Source of the DNA: an uncultured Alphaproteobacteria bacterium
GTDB taxonomy: Bacteria > Pseudomonadota > Alphaproteobacteria > RF32 > CAG-239
Assembly (NCBI GenBank): GCA_944390905.1
Contig: CALXRR010000002.1
Coordinates: 1 to 59,818 of the forward strand
Direction: 5' to 3'
DNA: 59,818 nucleotides
The position numbers and the translations under genes were made by a program. Shown piece by piece: positions 36,269 through 45,448 of this stretch (the stretch's first letter is position 1; every line of letters starts with the position of its first letter). Below the pieces are notes generated by a model, which worked only from the letters and a program-made list of their open reading frames with translations, had not been told where the DNA came from and searched no databases.

Positions 36269-37801
36269 ATGATAAAGTTAAAACAATTTTTTTTATTAGG
36301 GATAAGCAGCAGCTTGTTGCTCTTGAGCACCAAGATTAGCCAAGCGTTTGTGATTCCGACTGTTGATGCCACCGCCATAGCCGAAGGAGTAAAGTCTAAT
36401 ATTGAGTTGGTCAAACAATCAGCCGTAGTTGCCGAGGCAACCTCCATTACCGGCGAGATAAATTCCGCCATAGGCAGTGCCAAGAGCACTATTTCGTCAC
36501 TAGGGCTTGAAGACGCCCAAAAAGCCGCCGAAAAAATCCAAAAAGAAAAAGAGAATTTAGAAAAAGCCAAATCCGAATACGATAAATATAAAGCCGAATA
36601 TGACGCCCAAAAGCAAAAGCTTGAAGAAGGCAAAGCCGCCTATGAAAAACATAAAGCCGAGATAGAACAAGGCATCTCAGACGCCCAAGAAATTAAGTCT
36701 GATATTAGCTCTACGATCAACTCTGTTCAACAACAAGCTCAGCAAGCGACCGATAAAGTATCATCATCAAGCCGCCAAGCTTTTGGCAGCGGTAACACCA
36801 CAACATCTGCGACAACACCTACGGTTAGCCAGACCCAGTCTGTTACAACGCCGCAGTCAACCCAAACTAGTACCGGCAATACCGCCGCTGCCGAGGCTCT
36901 GTCTGCGGCACAAGCTGAGATTTTAGAGCTCCATCAACAGCTGGCGCAAGCTCAGGCTCAAGCCCAAACGTCCGGTCAGACCGCGCCGGTGACTACAATC
37001 ACTAATGACACCACTCCCCAAGAGCTTGAAGCCGCCAAAGAAGAGATTGAGCGCTTAAAAGCCGAACTCGCCAAATATGAGGAGCAGTCAGCATCAACTC
37101 CGATATCAGCTCCGACCGAGCAGCCATCATCAAGCGGCTTCCGCAAGCGCCCCAATATTAATACCAATACGCAATATGAGCGCCAAAGTTATTTGGATAA
37201 TGAAGAATATGCAGTTGCTTCTATCTCTCGAGCCGAAGAGCTATTTTTTGCTCAGGCTACTGTTTCAGCTTCTGATGGTGGGGATAACTCCTTGATAGAT
37301 TTGCAAAATGTTCCGACCGGCACCAATGCCGCAACTGATGAGTTTATTGTATCGGATGATTTAGCGCGCTATTGCGGATTTAATGTCAATAATGTAGATG
37401 CCTCGATTCTCAAAGCATGCTTAGAGGATTTAATCGCCCATCGTTCGGCGGCTAATGCCCAAACCGCAGCCGAAGGCAACACCAAATATACCGACATTAT
37501 GCGAGATTCTGTCTCAAGCTTAGCCTCAGAAGCGATTGTCGCCAAGAATTTGGCCGCCAATTATCAAGACGAGGTCTTGGCCAAATTGACTGATGACTTA
37601 GGCAGTGCCTCTACCGTCCGTGATGACATAGCGGCCTTGTCCCAAACCAACAATCAAATCCAAGTTTTGCTGAATAATATTTTGAAGATTTACGCCAGCC
37701 AGCTTTATCTGGATTCGATGGATAAAATTGCGCGTTATAACTCCCGCATGATAAATCCCGAGGCCGAGACGGTTGTCAAACCGGAGAACACAACGGAGTA
37801 A
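36269..37801 (+). CDS. VirB5/TrbJ-like secreted protein, expanded (510 aa)
   Basis: Signal peptide, then the mature N-terminus FVIPTVDATAIAEGVKSNIELVKQ, which resembles the VirB5/TrbJ (I)PV.D......Q start. A helical/coiled-coil region and T/S/Q-rich linkers follow. It sits in the position after virB4. Confidence 0.45.
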   Translation: MIKLKQFFLLGISSSLLLLSTKISQAFVIPTVDATAIAEGVKSNIELVKQSAVVAEATSITGEINSAIGSAKSTISSLGLEDAQKAAEKIQKEKENLEKAKSEYDKYKAEYDAQKQKLEEGKAAYEKHKAEIEQGISDAQEIKSDISSTINSVQQQAQQATDKVSSSSRQAFGSGNTTTSATTPTVSQTQSVTTPQSTQTSTGNTAAAEALSAAQAEILELHQQLAQAQAQAQTSGQTAPVTTITNDTTPQELEAAKEEIERLKAELAKYEEQSASTPISAPTEQPSSSGFRKRPNINTNTQYERQSYLDNEEYAVASISRAEELFFAQATVSASDGGDNSLIDLQNVPTGTNAATDEFIVSDDLARYCGFNVNNVDASILKACLEDLIAHRSAANAQTAAEGNTKYTDIMRDSVSSLASEAIVAKNLAANYQDEVLAKLTDDLGSASTVRDDIAALSQTNNQIQVLLNNILKIYASQLYLDSMDKIARYNSRMINPEAETVVKPENTTE

Positions 37802-37806
37802 CCGCC

Positions 37807-38661
37807 ATGAAAATACGCCGTTTTTTGACATATGTTATAGCCTTTTTGCTAAGTATCGGCATATCTTTTCCGGCCTTGGCCGATAAAGAACACATCCAAA
37901 GTGTTTTGAAAAAAGTTGATAATGCTGAGAAAAAGGCCATGAACGTCCTTGAAGACGGACAACGCATCTATCGTGTCGGACAAAAAGGTTTCAATGGCGT
38001 CAAAAAATCAGTCAACAGCGCCATGAACGTCGGCAAGGCCATCGCCAGCGGAGATATTGAGGGCGCTTTTTCCGCCGCAACTGATTTTGCAGATTCTACG
38101 GATATCCCCGGACTTTCGGAAAACTTGGAAAATATTCAAACCAATGTCGATGAAGCCGGCAAATTAACCGCCTCGGCCAGTGCTCTGGCCTCTAAAGCCA
38201 ACGGTCTGATAAAAACCAGCGCAGACTTGCTGCCCAATACGGTGCCTAATTATTTGAATGATACGACAGACATCAAACAAACCGAGGCCGATGTTGAAAA
38301 AGAATATACCAGCGTTTATGGAAACAATCCGGATATAGATGTTTTTACCGAACAGCAAGATAAACTCATGAGTGCTCAGCGCGAGAACATCGCCAACCTT
38401 TATGCCAAGGCCTTGGCTGTTCGCGTTGACATAGCGGATGAAAAAGCCGCCACACCGGTTGAAATCGATTCCACCACGGCTCGTTCCTTAATTAATGCCA
38501 CGCGAGATACAGCAATGAGGACTGCGGTTCGTCTCAAGCGTATTTATGAGCTTGAAGCCGCGATGTATGAATATAACACCACGGCACAAACCCAAAGATA
38601 TATTATCGTAAATCAGGGAGATTCATCTGCCGCATCAGATACATCGGGAGAACAGCAATGA
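37807..38661 (+). CDS. Secreted hypothetical T4SS-locus protein
   Basis: Signal peptide ..SFPALA. 284 aa, predicted helical. It is tightly packed in the operon, with a 5-nt gap upstream and an ATGA overlap downstream. Confidence 0.5.
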   Translation: MKIRRFLTYVIAFLLSIGISFPALADKEHIQSVLKKVDNAEKKAMNVLEDGQRIYRVGQKGFNGVKKSVNSAMNVGKAIASGDIEGAFSAATDFADSTDIPGLSENLENIQTNVDEAGKLTASASALASKANGLIKTSADLLPNTVPNYLNDTTDIKQTEADVEKEYTSVYGNNPDIDVFTEQQDKLMSAQRENIANLYAKALAVRVDIADEKAATPVEIDSTTARSLINATRDTAMRTAVRLKRIYELEAAMYEYNTTAQTQRYIIVNQGDSSAASDTSGEQQ

Positions 38662-39854
38662 AACTAAGATTATTCCTGATAGCTCTGAGTCTTTGTACTT
38701 TTATCAGCTCGCCGACCGAAGCTTTTTTGAAGTTTGATGCCGGAGCTTCCGCCAGCAAAGCCGTTACTACCGCCAACAATTTTTTGGAAAGCGCCAAGAA
38801 AAAGATGGATGAATCCGTAGCTCTGCAAACAGTAATCACCTACGGCAAAGGTAGTATCGAGACCGCCAAACAAATCCAAGCCATCAAGTCTGAAGCCGAA
38901 AGCAAGATAGAAGACTTTAAGGAAGACCCCTTGCAGGCGGGGCTGGATTTAGCCGATGAAGGCTTGTCAGATTTATCAAGCAATCCGCAGTTTAATGAGC
39001 TTACTTCCAAGATTGAAGAAAAAGCCTCCAAATCGCAGACCGTGCTAGACCTCAAGCGCGAGAAAGAAAAGCTGGAGCAAGAGCTTGAAGACAAGCTCTC
39101 GGTAGAAAAGACCACCCTTGAAGGCAAGATAGCCGTTTATGAAAAAAACAACGCGACCTTAGCCCAACAAAAGGAGGACGACCCCGCCAATGCTGATAGC
39201 TACCAACAACAAATTGAGGCTAATCAGGCGGAGATAAACAAGCTCCAAAGCCAATATGATGCCAATACCCAAACCTTAAAAGCCGAGAGCCTGCCCAAAA
39301 TCACCTCTCTCAGCACTCAAATGGACAGCCTCAATAAAGAGCTGCAAGACTACGCCGCCAAGCAAAAAGCCAAGTTTGAAGACGAGCTCGCTGAAAAATT
39401 GATGACTCACGACAGCCAAGGCAGTCTTGAAGAAACTACCGAGAAAAACTTTCTGACCGAAGGCAATGTTGAAAACAGCGAAGCCATCATCAAGCAGAAG
39501 GCCTATCGTAATTATGTCGCAGGCCAAGACACGCTTAATGCCTTTGCGGTAGCGGTTACCACGCAGGCAGAGTTAAACGATGACAATATTTTGACCGAGA
39601 AAATTGCCGACCGTACCGGTGCCGTAGACGGTTCGGTAGCTGCTATTAATATGGATACGCAGGTAAAAGTCCAAAATATTAAAGCGTTGGGTAAAGTTAT
39701 TGAAATGATGATTCAAGACTTAAAGATGGAAACCTCGACCGAAATGGCTCAAAGCGAAATTAATAGTATAACCAAAGATGATAACATCGCCAATTTTAGT
39801 TTTGATAAATATGTTTCCGAGGCTGATAAAACTTCATCACAGGAGGGAGAGTAA
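38658..39854 (+). CDS. Secreted coiled-coil T4SS-locus protein
   Basis: Signal peptide ..SSPTEA, then long K/E/Q/L heptad-like stretches. It is translationally coupled on both sides. Confidence 0.5.
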   Translation: MKLRLFLIALSLCTFISSPTEAFLKFDAGASASKAVTTANNFLESAKKKMDESVALQTVITYGKGSIETAKQIQAIKSEAESKIEDFKEDPLQAGLDLADEGLSDLSSNPQFNELTSKIEEKASKSQTVLDLKREKEKLEQELEDKLSVEKTTLEGKIAVYEKNNATLAQQKEDDPANADSYQQQIEANQAEINKLQSQYDANTQTLKAESLPKITSLSTQMDSLNKELQDYAAKQKAKFEDELAEKLMTHDSQGSLEETTEKNFLTEGNVENSEAIIKQKAYRNYVAGQDTLNAFAVAVTTQAELNDDNILTEKIADRTGAVDGSVAAINMDTQVKVQNIKALGKVIEMMIQDLKMETSTEMAQSEINSITKDDNIANFSFDKYVSEADKTSSQEGE

Positions 39855-39855
39855 C

Positions 39856-42800
39856 ATGACTAAGCGCAATATTTTATGCTTTTTGCTCGGTACTTTCTTG
39901 TCCTTTGGAGGCATGGGTTCGGCGCAGGCTTTGTTTTTTGGCGTAGATGTCCCCACCATTGATGGTGTTACCGACGCTCTTTTCGGTACTGAGATTGTCG
40001 GTTCTACCATGAGCAATGTCAATACCGGCCTTATTATGGAGGTTCAGGGCAATATCCAAGATATCAAAGCCAAGTATAAAGAATATGCCAACGATTATGA
40101 AGGTGTTATGTTAAAGGACAAAGCCCCGCTTGAAGGAACCCGCACGATTACTTCATCAGAAAAATCCGACATTAAAGACCCGAGCACCACCAAGCGTGCG
40201 GTATATGATCTGTTTTTAGCGGCTCCGTCCAATGATTTTTATGAACAGAGAGACTATCAAGCACAGTCGATTCGTTTTTATCAAGATACTTTGATTGAGG
40301 TCAATACCGCGGTCAACCGACTTGAACAAGAATATAATGATAACCTAAAAGAAAAAATCGCCAATATGTCGGATGATTTGTTGAGCGGCGAAAATGGAGC
40401 CGAAGTCGGCGATGACGAAAATGGCTCATGGAAAAACAACTATAATGCCTATAAAACTTTTGACGATTTGGTACAGATTTGGGAGGAACTGGTAGCCCTA
40501 AAAGCCCAATTAACGGTAGCCAAAGCCATCAAAGATGACATCGCTCCAGCCAAGCCGGCCGAAAGTGATGCTCCATTAAAATCAGGAGATAATACCCAAA
40601 GCTTAACCACCAGCCAAGCCGATGGTGTATCATCAACCAAGCCTCAGCACTATGCCTTTAACAGCCCGCTGCATACCGAAACCTTAGCCTTTGCCCAGCA
40701 AAGCACCGGCACCTATCGCTATAATCCGGAGACTGACAGCAGCATCACTTTTGTTGATGCCCCGACGCCTGATATCGATTCTCCTTTTGCCGGCAGCCGT
40801 AATGAACTCAAAGATTTGGAGCGCCTTAACCCAATATATAACACCGCCGTCAAGGGAATGAAAATTCATAATCTCATCCAGTCGCTCCCTTCCAAGAAGG
40901 CGCTTTTTGACCAATATCATCAATACGAAAAATTGCATGAAAAAGCGGTTGCCAAGGTTAAAGAGTCAGACAATTGCGCTCTTCGTTATTTGAGCAAATA
41001 TTACCAAAACCCCGAGCAAACATGGTACGGAGCTTATATCGGCGAACAAGTAACCGACTATGATTTGCGCAAAGGCGTTTCCGGCTGGGCTATCAGCAGT
41101 TATGACACCGCCAAGGCAGCTTTGAGCAATCCGATAGATAGCGAAGATTTGGCTGAAATGGAGCTTGATGCAAGCCTTGATGGCACCAAATATGAAAATA
41201 TAGCCTCTCAAAAATCCTATGTTGAAGACCAATCCGCAAGCTTTGACGGCTATAAAGAGCAAAGCCAATATGACACCAATGAAGCCAATACCCGCATTGA
41301 GGAGCTTTTGCCCTGGAACATCGGAGCAGAAGCCGCCAAAGAGCTTGCCGATGACCAATACTCCGGCAGCCCGCAATGGGGTACCCCTAAGACGCTTTTT
41401 CCGGTCTGGAACGACCAAAAATCATTTTATGGCCAATACCTTAACGGCAAATACGCTAATATGAAAAATTATTTGAGCCGATTCGATTTTCGCAATCGCA
41501 TAGTGTTAGTTGCACAAATCCTCAATTCACTGTCTGATGCGCGTCTGGAGCTCAAGCAATATGCCGCTAAAGTGCTTAGTTCAATGGCTTCCGGCACTTC
41601 AGATATTGTCGAATATCCGAGCGATGGCAACCCCGACATCACCTCCGCCGCCGAGGAGAAAAAAGCCGCTATTGAAACCTTGCAAAAAAATTTAGAGGCC
41701 GCACTGCAAGCTCAGGAACAATCTCGAGCTGCGTTGGTAAAACAACTTGACAGCGCCCAAACCCGCCAAGATGAACTCAACCGCCAAATCAACCGTGCCC
41801 AAAACGCTAATATGAATGAGGACGCCAAGCTTCCCGAAGATGTTGACGTCGCCTCTCTTCAGCAAGAAGTCGATGCCCAAGACAAGACCATTGAAGACTT
41901 GCAAAGCCAAATTGATAAAATTGATGAGAAAATCTCCAACCTCCGAAAAGCTTATGTGCAAAAAGAGCAGAATATTGAGCAGCAATACGCTTCATTTGTG
42001 GTCAATATCAAAGATCCCGAGCTTAAAAAGCTGATCGTAGGAGCTTTGTCCGGAGCTGACATTCCCTCCGGCATGACAGCGGACCTTTTGGCTCAGGCAC
42101 AAGGCTATGTCGCCGGACTGGTCTCCACCTCGGAGGGCATTTTCTCTGATGTAAAGGATTATGCGCAAGAGGCTGTCGACCAAGCTTTGCAAGATATTTA
42201 CGGCTATGGTGATATTATCTACTTCCCCTCCGGCGAAAGCCAAATATTAGCCCGCCATATTCAGCTGATTAATGAGTTAAAACAGCTTCCGTTTGCCAAG
42301 CTTAGCCAGTCTAAGCCTTCGGTTAATGCCATAGCCTCTTCGGCAGAAGCTCTAAATTTGGTTACCACGGCATTCCAAAGCGCGCTGGTTGATGTTATCT
42401 GTCTCAATCAGCTTTGTGAAAATCCCGATAGTGACTATTTTGTAGGAGCTTCAGCACGCTTCCGTGACTTTAGTGCGCCCAAGGGGGCTCCTGCCACCAC
42501 CACCGCTCCTGTGCGAGAAATCGTCCATTTGGATTATATAGATTATGAAAACATTCCCCAGTTATCAGACGGCAGCGTGGCTAAGGCTGATATTTTGAAA
42601 TACGGTCAGCCGGTGCCCGAAGTCTGGAAATATATGCTAAAAAATCCGGCCTATGTTGAAAAAGACATAGACTTAGAGAGCGCCTTAAACCTCGGTGGTG
42701 AAGATCGCAACTTTATGCGAGGAGGCTTCTTGCCTTGCCGAGACGATAGCATGCTTATAGATGCCGTTGACGATAAAGCCGGCTATTATGTAGTCCCTGA

Positions 42801-43602
42801 TACTCACAGCTCTTATTTAAGCTGCCTGTTTCTAAAAGTTTCTTCAGGCTTGCTGAGTGGGCGCAAAGTCACCAACTCTGAAGCCGAAAAAGACCAAACC
42901 GTCAGCGCTGAGAGCAAAAGTAAAATCTCCAACGATTCGTTTAGCGAGCTTGGCACATTCTTTAAATATGAAAATGACAAACTCTATTTTCGTGAGATGC
43001 CAGCCAAAGCCTATAAGCGCTTAGCCGAAATCCACGGAGATACCACCACGGAAGAATATAAGGAGAATGTAGAGGATAATATCTATAAAAAAGCGGCCTT
43101 CTCCGATAACCAAATCGGCAACTTTTTGCGCTTTGTTGATATGGAACAAGAATATCGTCAAATTTTAGAGGAGTTGACCACCAAGATGGAACAAACCAAA
43201 GCCGACCTTTTTGAAGAGTTTAAAGAGGCAGGCTTTACCCCATCTGATGACTTTGATTTAAGCAATCCGGAGGATTACCGGCAAGCCCGCGATACTCTTG
43301 ATGCGCAAAAGAACAACCAAATCAACGCCGCGCAAAATATGTTACAGACATTAACTTCACCGGAGAATGACGTTGTCAAAGACCGCCGTACCGGAGTTGA
43401 AAACATGATAAATGCCTTGATAAAAGACGAAAATGAGCTTATTAATCTAAGTGAAGATACCGTTCCGGATAGTACTTTTGATGAGCGCTTAAAAACCGAA
43501 GAAGCCAATAATGCCATCGCTGATAAATATCAAGCCGAGGCAGATAAAGCTTTTGAAGACGCACTCAACAGTTTTCCGGCTCCGTATTGCGCCGCATATT
43601 AA
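39856..43602 (+). CDS. 1248-aa secreted T4SS-locus protein with VirB5-like N-terminal motif and central coiled coil
   Basis: RBS AGGAGGGAG then ATG at 39856, giving the signal peptide MTKRNILCFLLGTFLSFGGMGSAQA. The mature N-terminus LFFGVDVPTIDGVTDALFG echoes the VIPTVDATAI of 36269. No internal TM helices are seen. Confidence 0.55.
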   Translation: MTKRNILCFLLGTFLSFGGMGSAQALFFGVDVPTIDGVTDALFGTEIVGSTMSNVNTGLIMEVQGNIQDIKAKYKEYANDYEGVMLKDKAPLEGTRTITSSEKSDIKDPSTTKRAVYDLFLAAPSNDFYEQRDYQAQSIRFYQDTLIEVNTAVNRLEQEYNDNLKEKIANMSDDLLSGENGAEVGDDENGSWKNNYNAYKTFDDLVQIWEELVALKAQLTVAKAIKDDIAPAKPAESDAPLKSGDNTQSLTTSQADGVSSTKPQHYAFNSPLHTETLAFAQQSTGTYRYNPETDSSITFVDAPTPDIDSPFAGSRNELKDLERLNPIYNTAVKGMKIHNLIQSLPSKKALFDQYHQYEKLHEKAVAKVKESDNCALRYLSKYYQNPEQTWYGAYIGEQVTDYDLRKGVSGWAISSYDTAKAALSNPIDSEDLAEMELDASLDGTKYENIASQKSYVEDQSASFDGYKEQSQYDTNEANTRIEELLPWNIGAEAAKELADDQYSGSPQWGTPKTLFPVWNDQKSFYGQYLNGKYANMKNYLSRFDFRNRIVLVAQILNSLSDARLELKQYAAKVLSSMASGTSDIVEYPSDGNPDITSAAEEKKAAIETLQKNLEAALQAQEQSRAALVKQLDSAQTRQDELNRQINRAQNANMNEDAKLPEDVDVASLQQEVDAQDKTIEDLQSQIDKIDEKISNLRKAYVQKEQNIEQQYASFVVNIKDPELKKLIVGALSGADIPSGMTADLLAQAQGYVAGLVSTSEGIFSDVKDYAQEAVDQALQDIYGYGDIIYFPSGESQILARHIQLINELKQLPFAKLSQSKPSVNAIASSAEALNLVTTAFQSALVDVICLNQLCENPDSDYFVGASARFRDFSAPKGAPATTTAPVREIVHLDYIDYENIPQLSDGSVAKADILKYGQPVPEVWKYMLKNPAYVEKDIDLESALNLGGEDRNFMRGGFLPCRDDSMLIDAVDDKAGYYVVPDTHSSYLSCLFLKVSSGLLSGRKVTNSEAEKDQTVSAESKSKISNDSFSELGTFFKYENDKLYFREMPAKAYKRLAEIHGDTTTEEYKENVEDNIYKKAAFSDNQIGNFLRFVDMEQEYRQILEELTTKMEQTKADLFEEFKEAGFTPSDDFDLSNPEDYRQARDTLDAQKNNQINAAQNMLQTLTSPENDVVKDRRTGVENMINALIKDENELINLSEDTVPDSTFDERLKTEEANNAIADKYQAEADKAFEDALNSFPAPYCAAY

Positions 43603-43614
43603 GGAAAAATCACA

Positions 43615-44364
43615 ATGGCCGAGCAACATCTGGAAGCATCAAAAACATTATCCATTACAGACGAAAACGGGCATAAGCACGAATTTTTGAGCGAAGCCGA
43701 AAAAGAGGCCAACAGCGCCAAGCTAAATTATTATAAGTGGCTTTCGCGGCTGTTTATTTTCTTTGCGGTATTATCCTTGATTGTTTTTATGAGCTCTTCT
43801 CTGGCGCTGTTTAACCTTGCACCTCAAGTGAGTGTTGAGCCGTTTTTGATAATCAAACAAGATGCCTCGGAAAACATCGTCCGTTATGAACCTATTGAAA
43901 ACAACATGGCCTCCCAAAGCCAGTTGATGGAAATGTTTGTTAAGCAATACGTAATCCTCCGCAATACCATATTGCGAGATGAAGGTGAAATGATGCTCCG
44001 CTGGTACCCCGGAGGCATGGTCAATTTTTTATCATCAGACTATGTTTTTTCTGAATTTGATGCCTATCGCCGCGGCGTATGGCAAACCATGCTTGATAGC
44101 AAGATAGTCCGCGAGGTTGAAATCATTTCAGCCGAAAAGGTCGGCGGAGAGCAAAGCTCAGTATGGAAGGTTGACTTCCGCACCTTTGATTTGTCCGAAT
44201 ACGCCCGAGATAACAAAACCCGAGGCATGAAACTCCAAATCCGCTATTGGACAGCATCAATTACGGCATTTTTCTTTAAGGAGAGGGAGTTCGTCGGCCT
44301 CCGCTTAATCAACCCGATAGGCTTTACGGTTGTACGTTATTCTCAAACTGAAGTAGAGTTTTAA
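43615..44364 (+). CDS. virB8: VirB8-family protein (paralog 1)
   Basis: Bitopic, with the TM helix LSRLFIFFAVLSLIVFMSSSLALF followed by the NTF2-like periplasmic domain pattern (EPFLI......V....P......Q.L...FV.QYV..R...; NPIGFTVV.YS). Confidence 0.65.
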   Translation: MAEQHLEASKTLSITDENGHKHEFLSEAEKEANSAKLNYYKWLSRLFIFFAVLSLIVFMSSSLALFNLAPQVSVEPFLIIKQDASENIVRYEPIENNMASQSQLMEMFVKQYVILRNTILRDEGEMMLRWYPGGMVNFLSSDYVFSEFDAYRRGVWQTMLDSKIVREVEIISAEKVGGEQSSVWKVDFRTFDLSEYARDNKTRGMKLQIRYWTASITAFFFKEREFVGLRLINPIGFTVVRYSQTEVEF

Positions 44365-44483
44365 GCATATATTATATTAAGTTGGGGATTTTCTGGGCTA
44401 GACATTAGACTTTTAAAATAAAAAAGTATATCAATAAATACAGTATACTAAAAAATAAAAGCGCAAAATATGAAAGGCCTGTA

Positions 44484-44672
44484 ATGTCTAAAAAATTTCT
44501 TATACTTTTTATGGTGCTGTTTTTAACGGCCTGCGGAATTTTTGGCTCATATTATGAAGCCGAACCAATCGGTATCGGTAAAGGCGTTGATGAGCTTAAG
44601 CTTTCCCCTTGTGCCTGCCTGCAACTAGATTTGCCTAAAGATCTTCCGGACTGGTTTATTGAAACAATCTAA
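44484..44672 (+). CDS. Small lipoprotein, VirB7-like by size and position
   Basis: 62 aa with lipobox L-T-A-C in MSKKFLILFMVLFLTACG. It lies between the virB8 paralogs and upstream of virB9. Confidence 0.45.
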   Translation: MSKKFLILFMVLFLTACGIFGSYYEAEPIGIGKGVDELKLSPCACLQLDLPKDLPDWFIETI

Positions 44673-44693
44673 AACAACGGATAGGACGTCTAA

Positions 44694-45419
44694 ATGGTTG
44701 ATAAGCTTGAAGAAAGAGGCGATAAACAAAAGCTGCTTGGGCGAGCGGAGCGTTCCGGCGTAAATCAGCGCAAAGATAAAGATGTTTTTGTCGGCAATGT
44801 CGGAGAAAAAAGATACCTTTGGACCGCGCGAGCTTTTGCAATTATTACGGCAATCAGTCTTTGCTGTAATATTATCTTGATTCTGGCCATATCGCAAGTT
44901 ATCCCTCTTTACCGCATCGAGCCGTTTTTGTTGACCTTCCAAAATAAAGAAGATCAGGTTTATAATATCCAGCTTGTCCAAGGGCTGGAGGACGAAAAGG
45001 CTATTACCGAAGTTTTTGTTAGAGAATATGTTTTATTAAGAAGCTCCTTTGATAGAGATATTCCTGAGATGGAGTCTCGCTGGATGCCTGGCGGTCAAGT
45101 TCAAGAAATGTCTTCCCAAACAGTTTATGAAGACTTCATTCGCAATACTGCAAACCGAGCCTTGGAGCTGATTCGCACCCGCAATCTCCAGCGTACGGTT
45201 CGTATCTTAACAGTCAATGAGCTCGGGCGTGGACTTTGGCAGGTTGAGTATGAAACTCAAGATATGTATCCGGATTCGGCAGTGCCGGATGTCAATTATT
45301 GGACGGCCAATATGCGCATAACTTATCGCCCCAAGACCGTAAAATATGACGAACGCTTAAAAAATCCGATAGGATTTACGGTTGTACAGTATTCTTTAAC
45401 TTATAATAAGGTTAAATAG
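44694..45419 (+). CDS. virB8: VirB8-family protein (paralog 2)
   Basis: Same architecture as 43615..44364, sharing IEPFLLTF, VFVREYVLLRSSF and NPIGFTVVQYS. Confidence 0.65.
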   Translation: MVDKLEERGDKQKLLGRAERSGVNQRKDKDVFVGNVGEKRYLWTARAFAIITAISLCCNIILILAISQVIPLYRIEPFLLTFQNKEDQVYNIQLVQGLEDEKAITEVFVREYVLLRSSFDRDIPEMESRWMPGGQVQEMSSQTVYEDFIRNTANRALELIRTRNLQRTVRILTVNELGRGLWQVEYETQDMYPDSAVPDVNYWTANMRITYRPKTVKYDERLKNPIGFTVVQYSLTYNKVK

Positions 45420-45448
45420 AGCTATTATACAGATTAAGGTGTAACATA

